From Macrostomum lignano (taxonomy: Eukaryota), in assembly GCA_002269645.1 (NCBI GenBank), contig NIVC01000104.1, positions 897,179-961,178 of the forward strand: 64,000 nt of DNA, given 5' to 3'. Position 1 is the stretch's first letter, and each line of letters starts with the position of its first letter. Made by a program: the position numbers and the translations under genes. Shown here piece by piece: positions 24,618-36,589 of this stretch. Under the pieces are notes generated by a model. The model did not search any database. It worked only from the letters and a program-made list of their open reading frames with translations, and had not been told where the DNA came from.

Positions 24618-26520
24618 ATGGATGACGATTTGTTCCTATCTTCCTTTGATCTGCCGCCAATGTCCGACATAGACAAGCTGGACCTGTCCGGCCTGTCCGG
24701 CGGCTTCTCATCGTCATCGGTTAACGGCGAGTTGGAACAGCTGCAGCGACTGCTCGACCTGCCTATGGACGATCTGCACGAGTTGAACAAATTTGCCGCC
24801 TCGGTTGACGCTTTCGGCGCTAACAACGGCATCGACATTCACGCCGGGGCTGGCGACGGCGGGGACGGCGACCCTGTGTTGCTGTCTGGCTACTCCACAG
24901 CGCCTGCGCCGCCACCACCGCCGACGCCCCGCCGCCGCCGACGCCCCCACCGCCGCCGATGCCGCAAAAGGCGTCAAGTTTAGTTCAATTGCAACTGCAC
25001 CGTTTTGCCCCTCCTCCGCCTCCGCCGCCGCCACCGCTGCAGCAGCCGCCGGTTTCGCGTCCGCCAACAACAAAAGGTCACCAAGTGATTTGGTTCGATC
25101 AGCCGGATGTCTGTCACGATGAACCGCAACCGGCGCTGCCACCTGCCGAGAGAATGCCCAGAAGTTTGCCAGAGACCGGATCGACTCCGACTATCATTAT
25201 TGGACAGGCGTCGCAGCAACCGGCGGCTCCAGCACCGCCGCCGCCTCCGCCGACACCTCCGCCGCCGCCACCTCCCCCTCAGCCGGAGTCGCCGTCGCCG
25301 CCCCAGCCCCAGCAAGTATTCGCCTGTTCCACGTGTTTTCGTTCGTATCAATCAAGGTCGGCGCTTCGGGAACACCGAGAGGCTGCTCACATGTGAGCCT
25401 TTTGTGTGATTATATATTTGCAGTAACAGAGTTGAAGCTCGATTACTTCAGGGTAGCTGAAGCTGAAGTTCTATCGCTTCAGAGAAGCTGAAGTTCTATC
25501 GCTTCAGAGAAGCTGAAGTTCTATCGCTTCAGAGAAGCTGAAGTTCTATCGCTTCAGAGAAGCTGAAGTTCTATCGCTTCAGAGAAGCTGAAGTTCTATC
25601 GCTTCAGAGAAACTGAAGTTCTATCGCTTCAGAGAAGCTGAAGTTCTATCGCTTCAGAGAAGCTGAAGTTCTATCGCTTCAGAGAAGCTGAAGTTCTATC
25701 GCTTCAGAGAAGCTGAAGGTCTATCGCTTCAGTGAAGCTGAAGTTCTATCGCTTCAGTGAAGCTGATGTTCTATTGCTTCAGAGAAGCTGAAGGTCTATC
25801 GCTTCAGTGAAGCTGAAGGTCTATCGCTTCAGTGAAGCTGAAGGTCTATCGCTTCAGTGAAGCTGAAGGTCTATCGCTTCAGTGAAGCTGAAGTTCTATA
25901 GCTTCAGTGAAGCTGAAGGTCTATCGCTTCAGGAAAGTTGAAGGTCTATCGCTTCAGATAAATCAGAAAATCTAATTTCTATGACTAGCTGTGGCACTTA
26001 TCTTTACTATAATCATCTAAAAAACTCCAGAAACAGCCCGGTAATCTGCCTGATCTGCGCTCGCCAGCTGCGCTCCCGACACGCTCTGGTGCGCCATCTG
26101 GAGACTCAGCACTGCCGGATGACCTCGCGCGGCCTCTGCCTGCCGTTCGCCTGCGACCTGTGCGGCCGGGATTTTCCCAGCGCCGATGCGTTGCTGAGGC
26201 ATCGCCGACGAGCTCCGGTGTGCTCGGTGGCTGCCACCTGTCCGGTCTGTTTGCACAAGTTTCTGAACTCGGGCGCTCTGGCGAGGCACAGAGCTGATTG
26301 TCAGAAAAAGCTGGATAAAGTGAGCACACCAACTGCTCCCCTGCCGGCTAAATTGAAGTGCCAGGTGTGCAAACTGTTGCTGCCCAATCCCGATGCTTAC
26401 CGCTTCCATATGCACTATAATAAATGCCGGGACTCGGCTAGCGCGTTGGCCACCGCAGGCGCTGTGAAACGGGATCGGCCGGCGGATTTGGCTTTCATGA
26501 GGAAGCTGAATCGGTTATGA
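24618..26520 (+). CDS. Proline-rich protein with five C2H2/C2HC zinc fingers (2 coding exons; one -1 frameshift near 24930)
   Basis: Exon 24618-25392 (donor GTGAGC) splices in phase 2 to 26031-26520. Fingers: CSTC..HREAAH, CLIC..HLETQH, CDLC..HRRRAPVC, CPVC..HRADC, CQVC..HMHYNKC. Adding one C to the CCCC run at 24927-24930 fuses the ORFs at 24618 and 24959. Confidence 0.78.
25455..25955. repeat. 25-bp minisatellite in the zinc-finger gene intron
   Basis: Unit GCTTCAGAGAAGCTGAAGTTCTATC, period 25 (25501, 25526, 25551); internal CTGAAG..CTTCAG hairpin. Confidence 0.96.
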
Positions 26521-26564
26521 CTTTTGTTCCTGTAATCTATTCTATGTTTCAGTTAATTTTATTC

Positions 26565-27365
26565 AGAGTGAGAATCACTCCTAACGGATCTGTGAGAATC
26601 GCCCCTAATAGCTGTGTGAGAATCGCCCCTAATAGCTGTGTGAGAATCGCCCCTAATAGCTGTGTGAGAATCGCCCCTAATAGCTGTGTGAGAATCGCTC
26701 CTAATAGCTGTGTGAGAATCGCCCCTAACGGATCTGTGAGAATCGATACTAATAGCTGTGTGAGAATCCCCCCTAATAGCTGTGTGAGAATCGTCCCTAA
26801 TAGATCTGTGAGAATCGTCCCTAATAGCTGTGTGAGAATCGCCCCTAATAGCTGTGTGAGAATCGCTCCTAATAGCTGTGTGAGAATCGCCTCTAATAGC
26901 TGTGAAAATCGCCCCTAATAGCTGTGTGAGAATCGCCCCTAATAGCTGTGTGAGAATCGCCCCTAATAGCTGTGTGAGAATCGCCCCTAATAGCTGTGTG
27001 AGAATCGCTCCTAATAGCTGTGTGAGAATCGCCTCTAATAGCTGTGAAAATCGCCCCTAATAGCTGTGTGAGAATCGCCCCTAATAGCTGTGTGAGAATC
27101 GCCCCTAATAGCTGTGTGAGAATCGCCCCTAATAGCTGTGTGAGAATCGCCCCTAATAGCTGTGTGAGAATCGCCTCTAATAGCTGTGGGAGAATCGCCC
27201 CTAATAGCTGTGAAAATCGCCCCTAATAGCTGTGAAAATCGCCCCTAATAGCTGTGTGAGAATCGCCCCTAATAGCTGTGTGAGAATCGCCCCTAATAGC
27301 TGTGTGAGAATCGCCCCTAATAGCTGTGAAAATCGCCCCTAATAGCTGTGAAAATCGCCCCTAAT
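26565..27365. repeat. 24-bp minisatellite
   Basis: Unit GTGAGAATCGCCCCTAATAGCTGT. Confidence 0.96.
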
Positions 27366-27949
27366 CAAATTGCAGTACGATTGTATTGACATCAACTATA
27401 TTATGCTTATTTAAAGGCATTACAAATGCACATTAGCTTCCATGAGATTGAGTACAAGCACTGTTTACTTATATAATTTCTAACTTTCTTTGTTGTGCAT
27501 TGAATATAATAATATATAGCTATTATAATGTAGTTTATCCGTGAAAAAAAACTAATCATGCTTATTTACTTGTAATTTTATTGTATTTCAAGTTCAACTC
27601 ATACCGGTAGACTAATTTGACTACTGCCAAAATAGCGTACTAGATTTTATAGTTAAATTATAGTTCTATACATTTTTAGTATACTGGATATACTGGTATC
27701 GCTACTATTTAGTAAGCTAATTCTCTTAGTTTTGACCAAATCAAAAATGGCATTTCAATGCGCCGCCCCTTGCGCGCAGCGTAAATTCAATACGTTGGAT
27801 TGAAGTCTGCCAATTTTTGTTGATTTTGCATTTTTATTTTGGGTAAATTAAGTCTGATCTGTACTCTTAACTTGTACTTTTACGAGTACATAGCTGCTTG
27901 TTATCTTAATTACAGTCGGTCATATGTTTTATTAACACAGGAGCATTAA

Positions 27950-28250
27950 GAAGTAGACACTGAGAAGTAGATAAAGAGTGGAAGAAGAGAGTAGCTTCAG
28001 GAGTAGGCACTGAGAAGTAGATAAAGAATGGAAGAAGAGAGTAGCTTCAGGAGTAGACTGAGAAGTAGATAAAGAATGGAAGGAGAGAGTAGCTTCAGGA
28101 GTAGGCACTGAGAAGTAGATAAAGAGTGGAAGAAGAGAGTAGCTTCAGGAGTAGGCACTGAGAAGTAGATAAAGAGTGGAAGAAGAGAGTAGCTTCAGGA
28201 GTAGGCACTGAGAAGTAGATAAAGAGTGGAAGAGAGTGGCTTCAGAAGTA
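27950..28250. repeat. 50-bp purine-rich tandem repeat, about 6 copies
   Basis: Unit TGAGAAGTAGATAAAGAGTGGAAGAAGAGAGTAGCTTCAGGAGTAGGCAC, period 50 (27961 to 28011). Confidence 0.92.
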
Positions 28251-28699
28251 GACAGAAAGGGGTATTCTAATGACATGACAATAATTAATTAAAGCAATTA
28301 AAGCAATGCGCCAGCTATTCCTGTTTCATTTGCTTTTGTGCTGTTTTTGCTAATGTTAAAATAAATATTCAGATATTGGCTCTTGCGAATGCCGAATAAA
28401 ATTGCCAACTTGAATTACCGCCCAATTATTCCACAAGTAAAACACTGTGCTTCATCTACTTGGTCTTACTAGTCGTTGCCATAGATATTCTGTGTAGCTA
28501 TGCGAAAATGAGTTATTCCTTGTCAATAAATATTTAACTGGTTGTTGAAATTCCAACTATTATTAATATTGTTATTTAAAAATAACAATGCTGCAATGCT
28601 CGATTCCAACCGTGCGTTGGCGAGTTTTTGTCTGTTCAAGCGCGTGCTAATAATGACTATTGTTTGGTAAGCGAAAGTAATAATATTATACAAAAGAGT

Positions 28700-29465
28700 T
28701 TTGCTGGGCCAGTCTCCCAGATCCTCAGTTACTGGGCCAGCCTCCCAGATCCTCAGTTGCTGGGCCAGCCTCCCAGAGTGCCAGTTGCTGGGCCAGCTTC
28801 CCAGATCCTCAGTTGCTGGGCCAGCTTCCCAGATCCTCAGTTGCTGGGCTAGCCTCCCAGAGTGCCAGTTGCTGGGCCAGCCTCCCAGATCCTCAGTTGC
28901 TGGGCCAGCTTCCCAGATCCTCAGTTGCTGGGCTAGCCTCCCAGAGTGCCAGTTGCTGGGCCAGCCTCCCAGATCCTCAGTAGCTGTGCCAGCCTCCCAG
29001 ACCCTCAGTTGTTGGGCCAGCCTTTCAGAGTGCCAGTTGCTGGGCCAGCTTCCCAGATCCTCAGTTGCTGGGCCAGCTTCCCAGATCCTCAGTTGCTGGG
29101 CCAGCCTCCCAGATCCTCAGTAGCTGTGCCAGCCTCCCAGACCCTCAGTTGTTGGGCCAGCCTTTCAGAGTGTCAGTTGCTGGGCCAGCCTCCCAGATCC
29201 TCAGTAGCTGTGCCAGCCTCCCAGATCCTCAGTTGCTGGGCCAGCCTCCCAGATCATCAGTTGCTGTGCCAGCCTCCCAGATCCTCAGTTGCTGGGCCAG
29301 CCTCCCAGATCCTCAGTTGCTGGGCCAGCCTCCCAGATCCTCAGTTGCTGTGCCAGCCTCCCAGATCCTCAGTTGCTGGGCCAGCCTCCCAGATCCTCAG
29401 TTGCTGGGCCAGCCTCCCAGATCCTCAGTTGCTGGGCCAGCCTCCCAGATCCTCAGTTGCTGGGC
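28700..29465. repeat. 28-bp minisatellite, same family as 60763-64000
   Basis: Unit CCAGCCTCCCAGATCCTCAGTTGCTGGG. Confidence 0.96.
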
Positions 29466-30184
29466 CACTGTCGACCTCCCACAGCCTACATTAGCTCAAA
29501 ACAACGTTTTTCATGCATCATGCCGCATATAATTACTACAGACAACATGCATAAAGTAGTTGTTTGTTTGAATTACAAATGACTAGACGATGGTTCCACC
29601 CCTAGCAACAGTATTTTTGTTTCTATTTTTAGAAGCACTTGAAGCGAAGAGCAGAAAAAATGCGCGCCCTAAACGAGGACAATTCGCTAGTAGCTAAATG
29701 ACGCACAAACTAAGTTTGTGTTTGGGCAGACGATGACTCATGCACGCCTATACTAATGTAGCAATAACAATGGTCAGGATCTAAAAAATGTTGCTTCGAA
29801 TAAAACTATCCTCGATTCCCAGAGCCGGCTCGTTTTCTTCTGTCACCTGATCTGACGGAATCAGTCCTTTATCTTATCTGCTAGTGTCGGGTCACGAGGC
29901 TCTTTACACCACTTTAACTTCCCCAGGGCCATCCAGTGGCCTGGAATCCTTGTTGTTCATTTGTAACTTTTGTCCAAAGGTTCGCGAGACCTCAATCAAA
30001 GCCAATCCGATCCAGACGACTGAAGATAAAGAAGCTTCAAGAGGTCTTCATATTGGAAAGCTCGATTGCAAAGATGATCAAATGTGTGCTTGTTTAATTA
30101 CCATTGGCATAATTATCTGCATACGTTTCAGCCTAGCGTTATTACAATCATATTGGTCTTTCATCATGTTGCTTTTTATAATTC

Positions 30185-31710
30185 ACAGCTCTTTTGGCGC
30201 CTTCCTTCACAGCTGATTTGGCGCCCCCTTCACAGCTCTTTTGGCGCCTCCCTTCACAGCTGATTTGGCGCCCCCTTCACAGCTCTTTTGGCGCCTCCCT
30301 TCACAGCTGATTTGGCGCCCCCTTCACAGCTGGTTTGGCGCCCCCTTCACAGCTGATTTGGCGCCTCCCTTCACAGCTGGTTTGGCGCCCCCTTCACAGC
30401 TGGTTTGGCGCCCCCTTCACAGCTGATTTGGCGCCCCCTTCACAGCTGATTTGGCGCCCCCTTCACAGCTGGTTTGGCGCTCCCTTCACAGCTGATTTGG
30501 CGCCCCCTTCACAGCTGATTTGGCGCCCCCTTCACAGCTCTTTTGACGCCTCCCTTCACAGCTCTTTTGGCGCCTCCCTTCACAGCTGATTTGGCGCCCC
30601 CCCACACAGCTGGTTTGGCGCCCCCCTCACAGCTGGTTTGGCGCCCCCTTCACAGCTGATTTGGCGCCTCCCTTCACAGCTGGTTTGGCGCCCCCTTCAC
30701 AGCTGATTTGGCGCCCCCTTCACAGCTGATTTGGCGCCCCTTTCACAGCTGGTTTGGCGCTCCCTTCACAGCTGATTTGGCGCCCCCTTCACAGCTGATT
30801 TGGCGCCCCCTTCACAGCTCTTTTGACGCCTCCCTTCACAGCTCTTTTGGCGCCTCCCTTCACAGCTGATTTGGCGCCCCCTTCACAGCTCTTTTGGCGC
30901 CTCCCTTCACAGCTGATTTGGCGCCCCTTCACAGCTCTTTTGGCGCCTCCCTTCACAGCTGATTTGGCGCCCCCTTCACAGCTAATTTGGCGCCCCCTTC
31001 ACAGCTGATTTGGCGCCCCTTCACAACTGACTTGGCGCCCCCTTCACAGCTGGTTTGGCGCTCCCTTCACAGCTGATTTGGCGCCCCCTTCACAGCTGAT
31101 TTGGCGCCCCCTTCACAGCTCTTTTGACGCCTCCCTTCACAGCTCTTTTGGCGCCTCCCTTCACAGCTGATTTGGCGCCCCCTTCACAGCTCTTTTGGCG
31201 CCTCCCTTCACAGCTGATTTGGCGCCCCTTCACAGCTCTTTTGGCGCCCCCTTCACAGCTAATTTGGCGCCCCCTTCACAGCTGATTTGGCGCCCCTTCA
31301 CAACTGACTTGGCGCCCCCTTCACAGCTGGTTTGGCGCCCCTCCCCTTCACAGCTGATTTGGCGCCCCCCCCACACAGCTGGTTTGGCGCCCCCTCACAG
31401 CTGGTTTGGTGCCCCCTTCACAGCTGGTTTGGCGCCCCTCCCCTTCACAGCTGATTTGGCGCCCCCCCACACAGCTGGTTTGGCGCCCCCTTCACAGCTG
31501 GTTTGGCGCCCCCTTCACAGCTGGTTTGGCGCCCCCTTCACAGCTGGTTTGGCGCCCCCTTCACAGCTGGTTTGGCGCCCCCTTCACAGCTGGTTTGGCG
31601 CCCCCTTCACAGCTGGTTTGGCGCCCCCTTCACAGCTGGTTTGGCGCCCCCTTCACAGCTGGTTTGGCGCCCCCTTCACAGCTGATTTGGCGCCCCCTTC
31701 ACAGCTGGTA
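30185..31710. repeat. 23-bp GGCGCC-core minisatellite
   Basis: Unit GGCGCCCCCTTCACAGCTGATTT, with TGGT and CTTT variants. Confidence 0.96.
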
Positions 31711-33191
31711 ACTTCGTGTTTATTTGATATTTTGCTACACATGCAGCTCTCTAGTGCTTGCGTATCCATGGTTATGTTTATACAATTGCAACTCTGTACG
31801 CTCTCAGTTCCAGTGTACAAATGTGAAAATGTAAATGTACGTGTGCGCGTTTGTCTGGGATCTAGAATCTAGATTGAGCTAATTGCAAACAATTGGAGGC
31901 TAGGAGGCTAGGAAATGGTCGTGCGTATATTTCAAGGTCGACTGTATCGTCATTGGTCACACCCACTTTGCACAATCATGCCCTCTGTTTGTTGCCCGCC
32001 CTGTGGCCCTTGTTGTTCTGTCTAGATTAGCTTAGGAAAAGGGAGACAATAATTTCGTCAGCTTTAGTTTTAAGGGGGTGGGGTCTCATTGGATGGCGTA
32101 AACAGGTAACAGTGCACTTGGTTTGCTAGAATCTTTCCAGAAAAGTTTTGGACTCCGCCCTATTGAACTGTGTTTTCGGGTGCAATTCTTTGCCCTAAGG
32201 GGCCATCGCGGGGACGAGGGTGGTTCAAGAAAAAATACAATCACACATTTTGTCGCTTCATTTGGGTAAAAAATAGGGTCAGACAAGGTCAGGACTGGGT
32301 GTTGGGGATCATTGGGATGAATTATAATATTTTCGTGAATTCTTAACATAGGCTATGTTTATGAATTTATGGATTTTTTCCCATGGTCACGCGCACCGGC
32401 TGCAAGTATAAAAAGCGTGGGCGTTAGCAACTATGCTTAAAGGCTGTGTGCTATATTCCTTTGATTATACGTTGCCTAGGGGAGGGAGGCTTCTCGACCA
32501 AGGCATCTCGATCCAGTAGCAATCAGCTGGAGTCGGAGAGGAGGGGAGTTTGAGTAGTGGGGGGGGGAGTTGTGCCTTATGAGAACTTGTCGTCAGTGTA
32601 GGGTTAGGAAAATTCCACGCTGGAAAGTTCCATGCCGGTCGTTTTCTTCCCCCCCCCCAGATGCTGGATAGCCGGATGAGGCCCGAGAAGCAGGAGTTGC
32701 GGTGTACATTGTAACATTGGTTGAGTCCTGTGATCCGTCTAGTTGAGTTGCTGTACAGAAGCGGGAATGATTATTAGAAGGCTTGCTTAGCCTTAGGCCC
32801 GTTGTCCAAAATCCCAGCTGTGGGATCAAGTTCTATTCCCCAAATCCCCATTGACCATCGTTTCTGCCTTGCTTTTCTTGCCCATATCTCTGTGTACAAT
32901 TTGCACAGGCATTTTTCTTTGAACCACCCCGAGCCAAGGCAACGATAGATAGAGAGTTTGCTGGGTGGAGAGGAGGCAAAGAAAGCGCAGCGAGCCAGCC
33001 AGAACCAGATCGCTCCGGAGGGGGGGCATGCAAGAGAACCGGTTTTGAACGAAAGGCGCTGACGAAAAAAGGTCGGCCCATTCGACCTTGAGAATTTCTA
33101 GAGGGGGTAGAGAGGAGGGCCAGGGTGGGTGAAGCGCTGGAATTCCGGGGCAGGAGGGGGGGTGGGTCTGGCCGGCCGCCGGCAACCCCCC

Positions 33192-33197
33192 TATAAA
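33192..33197 (+). promoter_or_regulatory. Candidate TATA box of the UCP-like gene
   Basis: CTATAAATG in a GC-rich context, about 210 bp upstream of the ATG at 33402. Confidence 0.5.
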
Positions 33198-33401
33198 TGC
33201 AAGCCCGATTCCGCGCCTCAAAGGCCCTCTCAACAAACAGCTGAGCCTGACTCGGAACCAGTTTGTGCAATTAAGCCGCCTAGAACTTCGAATGTTGACA
33301 AGATTATCGCGGCTTCAAGCCAACAACGAAACCAACAAGAAGTCATTACCGCCGGATTTAATAGGTTCCTCTTCTAGTCAGTCCAGTTCCTCTCTACTAA
33401 A

Positions 33402-34385
33402 ATGTCTTCGTCAACGTCGTCAAGTAGCAGCGTCGGTAGCGGCGTCTCCAGCCCGGTAGGCAAGCTGCTCCTAGCTGGTACGTGCGCCTGCGTCGCCGAC
33501 GCCCTGACTTTTCCCATGGACACCGTGAAGGTGCGTATGCAGATGGCACCAGCCGGCAGCGGCTTCCTCGCCACCCTGCGTCACGTGGCCGTCAGCGAGG
33601 GCCCGGCCGGCCTGTACGGCGGCTTGGGCGCCGGACTGCAACGTCAGTTCGCCTTCGCCTCGATTCGAATCGGATTCTACGAGCCGGTAAAGCAAGCCTA
33701 CATGGGACAGCTGGGGATGCGGCATCAGGACGCCTCCACCACGGCCCTGATGGGCGTCCGACTTCTGGCCGGCCTCACCACGGGCGCCTTGGCCGTCTGC
33801 TGCGCCCAGCCAACCGACGTCGTCAAGGTGCGCATGCAAGGCTCGGCCGGCCGCTACCCCGGCTGCGCCGCCGCCTATTCAACAATCTGGCGATCTGAGG
33901 GCCTCGCGGGCCTGTGGAAAGGCACCGGGCCCAGCGTCGCTCGCAACGCCATCGTCAACTGCGCTGAGGTCGTGTCCTACGACACCATCAAGACCTACAT
34001 GGTGGCCCGCCTGGGCATGCCGAACGCTGTCGGCACGCACTTCCTGGCCGGCCTGTGCAGCGGCTTCATCGCCACCCTGGTCGCCTCCCCGGTGGACGTG
34101 GTGAAGACCCGCCTGATGAGCGCCAGGCCGGAGGAGCGCGCCGGAGTCGTCAGCGTCACGCGCGGCCTCTACCAGCAGAGCGGCCTGCGCGGCTTCTACA
34201 AAGGCTTCGGGCCGAGCTTCGCCCGCATCGCCGGCTGGAACATCCTCATGTTCGTGCTGTACGAGAAGGCCAAATCCGCGCTAGAAGTCGCCCCGGCGCT
34301 GCCGTCGCCTCATCTGGTGGCGGTGGCGGCTGTCGCGGCCTCCACGGGTGCCCCGTCTGTGCAGCCCAAGAAGCTGCAGCTTTGA
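33402..34385 (+). CDS. UCP2: Mitochondrial uncoupling protein UCP2/3-like (SLC25 carrier), intronless CDS, 327 aa
   Basis: Three carrier signatures: PMDTVKVR, PTDVVKVR, PVDVVKTR. UCP-type segments LQRQFAFASIRIGFYEPVK, VARNAIVNCAEVVSYD and SFARIAGWN retain the three nucleotide-binding arginines. High GC3. Confidence 0.93.
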   Translation: MSSSTSSSSSVGSGVSSPVGKLLLAGTCACVADALTFPMDTVKVRMQMAPAGSGFLATLRHVAVSEGPAGLYGGLGAGLQRQFAFASIRIGFYEPVKQAYMGQLGMRHQDASTTALMGVRLLAGLTTGALAVCCAQPTDVVKVRMQGSAGRYPGCAAAYSTIWRSEGLAGLWKGTGPSVARNAIVNCAEVVSYDTIKTYMVARLGMPNAVGTHFLAGLCSGFIATLVASPVDVVKTRLMSARPEERAGVVSVTRGLYQQSGLRGFYKGFGPSFARIAGWNILMFVLYEKAKSALEVAPALPSPHLVAVAAVAASTGAPSVQPKKLQL

Positions 34386-35037
34386 ATACTGGAATCCTGG
34401 AAGCCCCCCCACCCCCTTCCAATGAAAATGTTGTCAACCTGACTCTGGAGATCTCTGACAGCTGTTTTATATTCATGCATGATGATTGATTGGTTTTGCT
34501 TCTATGCTGCTTTAATCCACAAGTTCGGCAACTGTAATCGGTAGATGTGTTTTGTTTCTTGCCTGACCTTGGGGCGGCAGTCCTACTAGTCTGCAGGTTA
34601 ACTGATGCTTAGGAGCTTAGAAACATAAGCAAATTGAAATGTAATTATTCCTTTGTTATATTTGAGATGCTTTTAACTCGACAAGAAATCCTTTGCAATG
34701 CATATATAGTCTGATGTATAATGTATGTGTAAATGTATTCAGATTGCTCTACCAATTGTTTAATGTTGTCATCAATTCACTACAGATATACTAATTGAAA
34801 GACTGTCTTCAATTATAATATGTGTGAAAATGCAAATATAATCATTGCAAATCCGACTGTGTTTAAAACTTTCAAATGCAACTCGTTTCTTCATCATTTT
34901 ACCAACAAAAAGGCTTCGATCAACCAAGTCTACCAAAAACGTATGGAATTAGCGATTTTTTCAGCTAGCTACTTACAGTACTACTTTTTGTGAATATTTG
35001 CTGTTTAAATTAACAGTTTTTTTCTACATTCATATCT

Positions 35038-35470
35038 GGCGTAGCTGGAGCCCCCTTCTGTAGCTGGCGCCATCCTTTCTAGTTGGCGCCATCCTCTGTA
35101 GCTGGCGCCATCATCTGTAGCTGGCGCCATCCTCTGTAGCTGGCGCCATCCTTTCTAGTTGGCGCCATCCTCTGTAGCTGGCGCCATCCTTTCTAGTTGG
35201 CGCCATCCTCTGTAGCTGGCGCCATCATCTGTAGCTGGCGCCATCCTCTGTAGCTGGCGCCATCCTTTCTAGTTGGCGCCATCCTCTGTAGCTGGCGCCA
35301 TCCTTTCTAGTTGGCGCCATCCTTTCTAGTTGGCGCCATCATCTGTAGCTGGCGCCATCCTTTCTAGTTGGCGCCATCCTCTGTAACTGGCACCCCCTCT
35401 GTAGCTGGCGCCCCCTCTTTAGCTGGCGCCCCTCTGTAGCTGGCGCCATCCTCTGTAGCTGGCGCCCCTC
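35038..35470. repeat. 19-bp GGCGCC-core minisatellite
   Basis: Unit GGCGCCATCCTCTGTAGCT. Confidence 0.93.
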
Positions 35471-36168
35471 AATAAGTATTCAGAATTTGCAAGAAAATCT
35501 ACGGCCAAAACTCCGGCTGGAGATAGTTTCTCTTTCTGGGCAAGCTTCGGGGGCACAAATAATAATAATAACTGATTGCACCTGACCAATTTGGGCCAGA
35601 TGCGCAACCGACAGCTCAGCTATTGCTCGGCGCATCTGAAGGCTGCGTACGGCTGTTCAGTCCAAGGACTGGGGGGTCGCCACACACCCTCAATTACTTA
35701 CAGCTGGGTGAACTGAAGCAATGCAGATTTAAGTGTCTTGCTCAAGGACACGAATCGTTTCAGTGTCCTTGTACACCGCAATGTACACCGTGGGAAATCC
35801 AAATTCAATTCGTGAGCCCGACGCTCTAATCCCTAGGCTGCAACCCGTGAAGGAATTTCCAATATTACTCGTAGATTTTAAAATACCCTTCTGAATGAGT
35901 TTTGGAGGGCAATTGAGAGGTGCTTTCACTGGGAAAAATTTGTACTTTAAAATTATATCCAATCAAAATTTTCAATTGGCATTCTTTTGTATTGGATATT
36001 GCTGATTAATGTTCTCAATGCCAATCATTGAAGTTTCAGTCATTTTCAGCAAACATTATTTGCTCTTGAACCAGCTCATCTTGTCGGATTTGTATTTCTC
36101 ATAAGTCTTCTATTTCAGTCCTGTCATATGTTGGAATTGGAATTTTGTCTGACACAGAGAACACAATT

Positions 36169-36190
36169 ACAGACAGACAGGCCGACAGGC

Positions 36191-36227
<37 letters not shown>

Positions 36228-36326
36228 CACAGACAGACAGACAGACAGACAGACTGACAGAGAGACATAGAGACAGACAGACAGACAGACAGACTGACAG
36301 AGAGACATAGAGACAGACAGACAGAC

Positions 36327-36387
<61 letters not shown>

Positions 36388-36388
36388 T

Positions 36389-36479
<91 letters not shown>

Positions 36480-36542
36480 AACAGACAGACACTAAGACAC
36501 TAAGACAGACGGACAGGCAGACAGACAAACAGACAGACACTA

Positions 36543-36579
<37 letters not shown>

Positions 36580-36580
36580 G
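36169..36580. repeat. (GACA)n microsatellite
   Basis: GACA tetramers with CACTAA and CATAGA interruptions. Confidence 0.97.
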
Positions 36581-36589
36581 GCAGGCAGC

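Noticed and set aside
25455-25955. Hairpin-containing 25-bp repeats resembling a CRISPR array
   Set aside because: Head-to-tail units with no unique spacers and no cas genes; eukaryotic intron.
28628-29582. ORFs with LGQPPRSSVAGPASQILSCWASLPDPQ repeats (also 60700-63951)
   Set aside because: All three frames are open because the 28-bp unit has no stop; no coding context.
29884-30216. 110-aa ORF before the GGCGCC array
   Set aside because: Starts at a non-ATG codon, has no domain or splice support, and runs into the repeat.
33471-34489. Overlapping alternative-frame and antisense ORFs in the UCP gene, and similar ones in NEK11 exon 3, the Gly-rich genes and the Gypsy element
   Set aside because: Expected shadows of high-GC coding sequence.
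36099-36540. VCLS/DRQT repeat ORFs (also 48467-49085, 57275-58341)
   Set aside because: Translations of (GACA)n.
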